64,000 nucleotides of DNA from Kofleriaceae bacterium (GTDB lineage: Bacteria; Myxococcota_A; Polyangia; Haliangiales; Haliangiaceae): NCBI GenBank assembly GCA_044230415.1, contig JBGARE010000001.1:497195-561194 (forward strand). Direction: 5' to 3'. How positions within the stretch are numbered: position 1 is the first letter of the stretch; each line of letters begins with the position of its first letter. This document shows, piece after piece, positions 58,301-64,000 of the stretch. Both the position numbers and the translations under genes were made by a program. The notes beneath the pieces are model-generated. The model did not search any database, had not been told where the DNA came from, and saw only the letters and a program-made list of their open reading frames with translations.

Positions 58301-61300
58301 TCGACGACGTACGACGAGCTCGGCAACCCGAGAAACAGCGTCTCTTGGGTCGAGGGTGTCGACGAGACCACGACCATCGAACGCGACTACTGGAACGATC
58401 AATCCAACTGGCTGCTCCGCCGGCCGAAGCATGTCGTGCGCTGCAGCACCACCGGCGGAGGCGCGCAATGCAAGACTCTCGATGTCGACTACGACGCCTT
58501 AGGTCGACCCGTCACGCAGCGAAGTAGTGCCGATGGTGGCGCGGGCGTGACGGTCACCTATACGTACGATGACAAAGGCAATCCAAACACGGCCGCTGTC
58601 TCCGACGCGACCGGCACTACGCGCAAGTCCTGCATGACCTTCGATTCGACGGGCACGTTCCCGACGGCGATGATCGACGGTCTAGGTCACAAGCGCTTCT
58701 ATCAATACGACGCCCGATTCGGGACGCTGAGCACGGAGATCGATCCGAATGGTCTCGCCACGCAATGGGCAACTGATCGTCTCGGTCGCGTGACCCAGGA
58801 GCGCCGGCCGGACGGAACGCAGACCACGATCCTGCGCTCGCAGATCGTCGACCCGATCCGTGGGAAGGCCACGCAGGTCAAGACGATGGCCACCGGCGCA
58901 CCGACTACGACGGTGCAGTTCGATCAACGCGATCGGCCGGTCATCGAGTGGACCGACAATCTGCATCCGTACTGCACGGGCCCTTGCCTGATCGTTCCGC
59001 GCCTCGTGCACTACACCGAGTACGAGACACTCACGGACGAAGTTCGGCGAGAGTCGATGCCCGTCGACGAGACGTTGCCGCTGACCACGTTCTGGAATTC
59101 GTATCTGCGAGATGCGACGGGACGCATTCTCAAGTCGGACACGTACTGGGCTGGGGGCACGATGAAGTTCGGCTACGACAAGCTCGTCACGACGGTCACC
59201 ACCCCCGGCAATATCGTCAAGACGATCACGACCGATCCGGGCGGCCGCACCGTCGCGATCAAGGATCCATCGGGAACCTCGACATTCGAATACGGTCCGT
59301 TCGGGCGCCTCGCGAAGTCGACCTCGTCGGCGGGAGAGGTCTCGCGGTACAGCTACGACGGGTTCGGGCGCATCACGTCCGCGACGGAACCGAATCGCGG
59401 AACTACGACGCGCACGTTCGATGGCTTCGGCAATCTCGTCGAAACGACCGATGCGATGGGCCGCACGATGAAGTGGACGTATGACACCGGCGGTCGACCG
59501 CTGACGCGTACGGACAATGACGGCCTCGCCACGTGGACGTGGGACACGGCTCCTGGTGCGGGCATCGGGCACATCGCCGCGCTCGATGCGCCCGCCGGTA
59601 AGCGGAGCTATTCGTATACGGCGGTCGGGCAGCTCGCATCGGACACACTGACGATCGGCAGCGAATCGTTCGTGACGACGCGGACGTACGACACGGCTGC
59701 GCGGCTCGCGACGATCGCGTATCCGCTCGCACCGGGACTCCCGGGGGCGGTCGTCGCGAAGCGCGAGTACGACAGCGCGGGGCACTTGGTTCGCGTGGCC
59801 GATGCGACGACGAACGCGAACTACTGGACGATCACCGCAAAGGACGCGTACGGACATCCGACCGAAGAGCTCCTCGGAAATGGCGCGAAGACGGCGATCG
59901 GCTACGTCCTCGACAAGAATCGCGTCTCGTCGATCAAGACGACGCTCGGAGCGTCGACGCTGCAAGATCTCACCTACGTGTGGACCGATCGGCTCGATCT
60001 CGCGAGTCGTGCGGATGGTCTGCAGCACAAGACCGAGAGCTTCACGTACGACCCGCTCGATCGGCTCACCTGCGCGAAGTTCGACGCGTCGCCGACGTGC
60101 GCACTCTCCGTCGCATATGCGGCGAACGGGAACATCGCGTCGAAGTCCGATGTCGGCAGCTACGTTTACGCGGCCGATCATCCGCATGCGGTGCGCTCGA
60201 TCGCGAGCAAGACGTACGACTACGATCTCGTCGGCAATCAGATCAAACGCCCCGACGCGACGCTGACATACACCGCGAACGATCAAGTCCGCTCGATCGT
60301 GCCAACTGCCGGTGCCAGCGTCACGTACGACTACGACGCCAATGGCAAGCGGATCCGCCGCACGATCGGGACCGAGACGGCGATCTACGCCGGTTTGTAC
60401 GAGCGCACCACGAAAGCTTCGGGCGTCGATCATCTCTATTCGATCACGAACAACGATCACGTCGTCGCGCTTGTCACCCGCCATGCAGGGCTCGCGGATA
60501 CGACGACGTTCGTCCACGTCGATCATCTCGGCTCGCCCGATGTCTTGACGAACAAGACGGGTGTGGTGATCCAGCGGCTCAGCTACGACGCGTTCGGTCA
60601 GCGTCGCAATCCAGCGTGGGGCCAGTCCTACACGCCCGCGACCTCGGCGGTACCGATGTCCTATACGGGACAGCACGAGGACGTGCTCGACCTCGTCGAC
60701 ATGAAGGGTCGTACGTACGACCCGAAGCTCGGACGGTTCCTTCAAGCGGACCTGATCTCCGGATCGCCGCTCGCGAGCCAATCGAACTCGTACAGCTACG
60801 TTGGCAACAACCCGCTCGTCTTCACCGATCCGAGCGGCTACACGGCCGTGCTGCATCAAACGACGCAGACGACGACCGTGAGCGTTCCGAGCTCGGCGCC
60901 ATCGACGGATCCATCACCGACGATCAACGCATCCCTCGAGCAGTCGGCACCGGCCCCGGCGCACGACACGCGCAATGCGGGTGAGAACACTGCGAACGAC
61001 ACGGCGAGCACCGGAACCACCTCGACGGTGTCCTTCGATGTCTGGGACGTGGTCGACACCGGCCTGCACTTGGCGCTCGAGTCCGGTCCGTGGGCCGGTA
61101 TGTCCGTCGAGCCGCTGCCCACGGTCGGCGACGCGATCGGTCAATCGATCGGTTCACTCGGCAGCATCGGTAGCCACGGCATCCACAAGTCCAAGGACAC
61201 GCCGGACTCCGAGTTCGTTGGCCCACCACTACTGATGGACGACGACGACACTCTCCCGAAGTGGTGTGCTCCGCTCGCCATCTTCGCGATCGGAGTCGGT

Positions 61301-61810
61301 GGTGCCGAGATCATGGCCGACATCATCGTCGAGATGATGGTGGAGTCTCTCGTCGAGGCTGGCTTCGACTATCTCGAGGATTGGGTTCTCGATGTCGGCA
61401 AGGATCTGTTGAAGCGGTATCTGAACATCGACGACTTCGAGCTCCCCGACGTCGTCGAACACCTGTTGCGTCGCTTCATCCAGTTCGGGACGGTCTCGAA
61501 GATCCCGAAGGACAAGGTCGACTACGGCCCGAAGCGTCGCGGGGGCGCCCCGGTCGGAAACGACAAGAAGCCGATCGAGCTTCATCACCTCGACCAGAAG
61601 AACGACTACTCACCGCTCGCCGAGCTGATCCGCAGAGATCACCGTGGCAAAGGCGCCTACAAGCGGAACCACGGCAATACGGGTCAGCAAGGCTCGTCGA
61701 TCATGCGCAAAGACTTCGACCACTGGACCGGGAAGTACTGGGAGCACCAGTTCGACACGGGCCAGTTCGACGGGCTCGACGATTGCCCGCCGATGCTCAA
61801 CCTCCGATAG
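55355..61810 (+). CDS. Rhs/YD-repeat polymorphic toxin lipoprotein: SpvB-like N-terminal domain, FG-GAP/VCBS integrin-like repeats, YD-repeat RHS shell with RHS core, and a C-terminal LHH-type HNH/EndoVII nuclease toxin domain
   Basis: Lipobox LLMLAAC. A SpvB/TcB-like N-terminal segment (about 55,500-56,300). Seven or more DxDGDGxxDLV FG-GAP repeats (about 56,450-57,650). Numerous YD repeats (TYTYDDKGN, YQYDARFG, YSYDGFGR, KWTYDTGGRP, TYDYDANGKRIRR) from about 58,300 to 60,700. RHS-core end …RTYDPKLGRFLQADLISGS…YSYVGNNPLVFTDPSGY (about 60,700-60,860). A 310-aa C-terminal tip with KKPIELHHLDQKNDYSPLAELIRRDHRG (the LHH signature of the HNH/EndoVII toxin clade) at about 61,570-61,650. Confidence 0.85.
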   Translation: MPNVRRAFALLMLAACADDATSPPETVTIAKGENEACPVGAVSFPTKLPDAATPALGALPGAFDVTPSGDAAYSIPLALPPTPTVLPFPLSLEYRASGGDSFLGTGFSLAGLSVISRCPRTFARDLEVRAVQYDDTDNFCLDGKRLENVGVDTYRTYPDTFVRIRANRNADKEIESFTLRAPSGVHYTYGGTDHGRVLAYSDKLVNTGWLLDKISTDTTPLGVDIDYTNIKDQTLGYTTEVVPASATYGEAQIQFAYDSKAPEDVRESWNHGMRMTRSLQLRHIAMGTLGGELTARKYVFGYDAGKRTRRTNLVSVKQCDASNACQPPTTFTYDSTPLGRNELSWTDTQGVIPPPVAAQATVMAMDVTGDGLDDLVTADTTPTPSATTVWSIARNIGDGKFAAPVVALTEPMRQITAVSADSVILDRGTAIDYNGDGLLDILLHDVDGQFANWQVLLSAFGSTSFTRFDTGIARPFASTIPKGLVGIDGSVHLADFDGDGVSDLVQCKSAGNSQWTWTVNTWRGPPVYAAGFDPFALVIENSEFNSHAFTLRGYPCDTPVIPLDVDHDGRMDLLVREVLFADGTNPTQYGSKLFAIGRHGTWSSFEVTDPKLPAPTGQLAFADINGDGLLDALSTPAVPNTNFDVRINQGGTFGPATNALPSSQMVVDVSLNLAAPTDVDGDGRQDVIVPIKTSGSFVQWKVLHARNDGQAIAGAPLEVWSPGFPTDLEFQIDQEPTLSHPLAPRVADVDGNGAHDVLLFTGGKLHAFKSKAFEEDMLATITTGSNARAPGDAKFVPDVSISYGHLVDRFITDGGASAPEKYLYLSRSDKTNTCEYPRRCAVGARRVVAKYETNNGADVKHVFDLHYRDGRVHLRGWGWLGFGTQILLDDANKATKTTTFENRTPAAIFGDYPLAERAASVVTTVRAKATDPNPNRIDSFRIDITREMEVINTSTGLQYFVAPTATREQTLQDGVIVSDARTSTTYDELGNPRNSVSWVEGVDETTTIERDYWNDQSNWLLRRPKHVVRCSTTGGGAQCKTLDVDYDALGRPVTQRSSADGGAGVTVTYTYDDKGNPNTAAVSDATGTTRKSCMTFDSTGTFPTAMIDGLGHKRFYQYDARFGTLSTEIDPNGLATQWATDRLGRVTQERRPDGTQTTILRSQIVDPIRGKATQVKTMATGAPTTTVQFDQRDRPVIEWTDNLHPYCTGPCLIVPRLVHYTEYETLTDEVRRESMPVDETLPLTTFWNSYLRDATGRILKSDTYWAGGTMKFGYDKLVTTVTTPGNIVKTITTDPGGRTVAIKDPSGTSTFEYGPFGRLAKSTSSAGEVSRYSYDGFGRITSATEPNRGTTTRTFDGFGNLVETTDAMGRTMKWTYDTGGRPLTRTDNDGLATWTWDTAPGAGIGHIAALDAPAGKRSYSYTAVGQLASDTLTIGSESFVTTRTYDTAARLATIAYPLAPGLPGAVVAKREYDSAGHLVRVADATTNANYWTITAKDAYGHPTEELLGNGAKTAIGYVLDKNRVSSIKTTLGASTLQDLTYVWTDRLDLASRADGLQHKTESFTYDPLDRLTCAKFDASPTCALSVAYAANGNIASKSDVGSYVYAADHPHAVRSIASKTYDYDLVGNQIKRPDATLTYTANDQVRSIVPTAGASVTYDYDANGKRIRRTIGTETAIYAGLYERTTKASGVDHLYSITNNDHVVALVTRHAGLADTTTFVHVDHLGSPDVLTNKTGVVIQRLSYDAFGQRRNPAWGQSYTPATSAVPMSYTGQHEDVLDLVDMKGRTYDPKLGRFLQADLISGSPLASQSNSYSYVGNNPLVFTDPSGYTAVLHQTTQTTTVSVPSSAPSTDPSPTINASLEQSAPAPAHDTRNAGENTANDTASTGTTSTVSFDVWDVVDTGLHLALESGPWAGMSVEPLPTVGDAIGQSIGSLGSIGSHGIHKSKDTPDSEFVGPPLLMDDDDTLPKWCAPLAIFAIGVGGAEIMADIIVEMMVESLVEAGFDYLEDWVLDVGKDLLKRYLNIDDFELPDVVEHLLRRFIQFGTVSKIPKDKVDYGPKRRGGAPVGNDKKPIELHHLDQKNDYSPLAELIRRDHRGKGAYKRNHGNTGQQGSSIMRKDFDHWTGKYWEHQFDTGQFDGLDDCPPMLNLR

Positions 61811-61814
61811 GAGG

Positions 61815-62036
61815 CTAGTTCCGGAAGAACAGCGCGCAGGTCACGCAGTGAAACGATGCGTCCGACGACTGCGCCATGACGATCGAAACGACCTGGGACT
61901 CCGGGTGATCGGAGATCCAGCGCGTGACGTTCTCGCCGAGCACTTCGCGATCGCGATGCATCGTGGCTGAGAACACCTTGACGCCGGTGAAGGCCATACC
62001 AGGACGCAACACCAATTCTTTACTGCTCGGCGCCAT
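61815..62036 (-). CDS. Small ORF (73 aa) convergent with, and 5 bp beyond, the Rhs toxin stop; candidate orphan/immunity-like gene, low confidence
   Basis: ORF in a 360-bp lower-GC spacer (about 58% GC) between the Rhs gene and the convergent esterase. MAPSSKELVLRPGMAFTGVKVFSATMHRDREVLGENVTRWISDHPESQVVSIVMAQSSDASFHCVTCALFFRN. No family recognised; could be non-coding. Confidence 0.25.
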   Translation of the reverse strand: MAPSSKELVLRPGMAFTGVKVFSATMHRDREVLGENVTRWISDHPESQVVSIVMAQSSDASFHCVTCALFFRN

Positions 62037-62171
62037 TGTGTTCGCACCGTAGCACCGGCGTCTTCCGATAGCTCGCGCTACGGAGCGAGCTTCACAGGTG
62101 GGCGAGGTATTGGATGCAGAGGCCGTAATGGTGATTGCACTGCACCTGTGGGCAGGTTGGTCACCTTGCTG

Positions 62172-63266
62172 TCAGAGCGGACACGATTGCACGCCGGTAC
62201 AGGAGCCCGTACGCGGGGTAGCTCCACCCACACCGATGCCGCACCACTCGGGGGTTCCCGTCGGTAGTCCCGTGCTCGTCCACGGTGATGCGCCTGCGGG
62301 GAGCCAGTACGGATGATCGAGGACGAACTTGTAGAGCACGCGCAGCCCCACCATCGGATCGACGGGCGGCGCAGCGTGACCACAGTTGTGCACGCACTCG
62401 ACGACGAAGCTGCCTTGCGCTTCGAGCTTGCTGCCGAGCGCGTGCGAGCCCGCCTCGAAGCTCACACCGCCGCACGAGTCCGTCGAGCCGCCCCAGCCGT
62501 AGATGGTCGGGATCGGGCGCTCGGAGCCCGTCCACCCGCGCACGTCGGCGAAGCCGCCGAAGCCGCCCGTCGGGCCGACGCCACCGGAGATCACGATCGC
62601 GCTCGACAGTCGCGACGATCGACGCTGCATGAGCTGCGCGGTCCACAGCGCTCCCGCGCTCACGCCGACCGACGACACGCACTGCTCCTGCACGGGAAAC
62701 TGCTGCGCGACGCACGCGAGGATGTCGTCGAACAGCACCGCTTCTTGCTCGACGCGAGCGTTCGTCACGAAGTCCATGTACGGCCACGCGAGATCCACGT
62801 TCGCGATCGGGAGCAGTACGTCGCCCTTCTTCTCGGGAACGGCGATCAGCATGCGGAGCTCGTCGGCTGCGGGTTGGGCGTCGCCGTTGTTCACCATCGA
62901 GCTCGCGCTGCCGCCGATGTAGTGCCACATGAACAGCAGCGGCAGCGTTTCGGTCTGCGTGTCGAGAGCGCTCGGCACCACGAGCACGAACTTCCGTGGC
63001 ACGCCGCTCGACACGATCGTGTTCATGCCGGCGACGAGGGTCGGACACGTACCCGCGTACTGCGGTAGTGGTGGTGGCGTCGGTGCACCCGCTGGTGGCG
63101 GCGTCGCGCAGGTCACGCCGGCGTACGACGTCATCGGCGCGTCCGGCATCGGCGTCGACGAGCCGCTGCCATCGCCACCGTCGGGACCGTCGGGGCCGTT
63201 GGTCGGCGGCGCATCGCTGCCGCTGCAGCCGACGAGGAGAAGTGCGAGGAGGACGTGTTTGTTCAT
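62172..63266 (-). CDS. Secreted alpha/beta-hydrolase esterase (PHB-depolymerase / feruloyl-esterase-like family), lipoprotein
   Basis: Lipobox LLVGCSG. Gly/Pro-rich linker. Esterase core with the nucleophile-elbow GVSAGA and LPLLFMWHYIGGSASS. Cys-rich C-terminus. Confidence 0.65.
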   Translation of the reverse strand: MNKHVLLALLLVGCSGSDAPPTNGPDGPDGGDGSGSSTPMPDAPMTSYAGVTCATPPPAGAPTPPPLPQYAGTCPTLVAGMNTIVSSGVPRKFVLVVPSALDTQTETLPLLFMWHYIGGSASSMVNNGDAQPAADELRMLIAVPEKKGDVLLPIANVDLAWPYMDFVTNARVEQEAVLFDDILACVAQQFPVQEQCVSSVGVSAGALWTAQLMQRRSSRLSSAIVISGGVGPTGGFGGFADVRGWTGSERPIPTIYGWGGSTDSCGGVSFEAGSHALGSKLEAQGSFVVECVHNCGHAAPPVDPMVGLRVLYKFVLDHPYWLPAGASPWTSTGLPTGTPEWCGIGVGGATPRTGSCTGVQSCPL

Positions 63267-64000
63267 AGGATCGGGTCGTAGTTCTGACAAGCGGTGTCGA
63301 TGACTGGCAGTGCGTCGAGGAAGAACTGGTCGTAGTTGGCGGCGCAGACATCACCGATGAAGCCGCGCTCGTCGAACTTGTTCGTGAAGCCGAGCAGTCG
63401 CGATGCGGGCGTCGCTCCGCACGCGTTGTTGAGCTGCCGTCCGATCAGCGACAGCACGACGATGTTCTGTGCGTAGCCTCCGCGATGCGCGACGACGGTG
63501 TTGTACCAATCGGTCGACGTGCCGCCCGAGCCGTAGCTGTCGCAGACGCCGTTGCCGTCGCAGCCATCCGCGACGTCGTCCTCGTCGGTGATGATCACGA
63601 TGACGAGCAACGACTCGGGGCGCGAGAAGCCCGCGTTGCACGCGCCCTGTGCGTTGCGCGATGGCTCGAGCGCGTTCATCACCGCGCGGGCGATGCGCTC
63701 GTCGCTCGAGCCACCCGCGCCGACCTTGCCGGCGCAGGCGAACTTCTGCGCGAGGCTGGGCTCGGTGCCATCCATCCACGAGTGTCCGCTCGCGAACGGT
63801 CCGCACGTGCTCGCGCTCGACGACGGACCGCCGGTCTGCGTGATCAGATCACCGATCTCGCGACAGCCCACGGCGTTCGCTTGGTAGTCCTCGGTGGTGA
63901 CGATGCCGATGTGATAGCTCTGCGCCTGACCGAGTCGCGATTGGATGCCGGCGACGAAGCCCGGGAAGCTCGCGATCAAGCTGTCCTGCTGATCGGCCAT
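63263..64000 (-). CDS. Hypothetical protein, possibly 5'-truncated by the window edge (an ATG lies exactly at the edge)
   Basis: ORF reaches the window end. It contains …ESLLVIVIITDEDD…, Cys-rich. ATGA overlap with the downstream esterase gene. Confidence 0.4.
   Translation of the reverse strand: MADQQDSLIASFPGFVAGIQSRLGQAQSYHIGIVTTEDYQANAVGCREIGDLITQTGGPSSSASTCGPFASGHSWMDGTEPSLAQKFACAGKVGAGGSSDERIARAVMNALEPSRNAQGACNAGFSRPESLLVIVIITDEDDVADGCDGNGVCDSYGSGGTSTDWYNTVVAHRGGYAQNIVVLSLIGRQLNNACGATPASRLLGFTNKFDERGFIGDVCAANYDQFFLDALPVIDTACQNYDPIL

Overview
This is a high-GC (about 70%) chromosomal window, densely coded on both strands. The gene content (many lipoproteins, Hanks-type Ser/Thr kinases, PilY1-type pilus tip proteins, large secreted repeat proteins) suggests a myxobacterium-like (Myxococcota) genome. 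Because of the GC content, every region also carries long spurious antisense ORFs, which I ignored.

From 5' to 3' the window contains:
- a partial thioesterase, a site-2 (M50) protease, and the ABC-F translation factor EttA;
- a minus-strand block: a TAT-secreted intradiol-dioxygenase-like protein, an EEP phosphoesterase, and a membrane PP2C phosphatase with a GAF domain, divergent from a Ser/Thr kinase;
- a large composite type IV pilus locus (about 10.2-26.6 kb): two full-length PilY1-like tip proteins, a third PilY1 paralog that keeps only the C-terminal beta-propeller half, two PilX-like genes, PilV-, PilW- and FimU/GspH-like prepilins, an embedded pair of M16 zinc peptidases, and a Wza-like polysaccharide export lipoprotein;
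- a BatA/VWA plus DUF4159 operon with two hypothetical genes;
- a LigD-type polymerase-domain protein whose N-terminal ligase-like module has Ala in place of the motif-I catalytic Lys;
- oligopeptidase B and an ArsR plus AHSA1/SRPBCC pair;
- a complete urate-to-ureidoglycolate catabolic cluster (PuuD urate hydroxylase, allantoinase, an allantoicase fused to OHCU decarboxylase, HIU hydrolase), interrupted by a Ser/Thr kinase and a C-type-lectin lipoprotein;
- a tRNA-His followed by an island-like segment: a frameshifted DUF222-HNH gene and a 2100-aa Rhs/YD-repeat polymorphic toxin (SpvB-like, FG-GAP, RHS core) with a C-terminal LHH-type HNH nuclease tip. No co-directional immunity gene follows it; the only candidate is a small convergent ORF in a lower-GC spacer.

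No CRISPR array, rRNA or transposase was seen.
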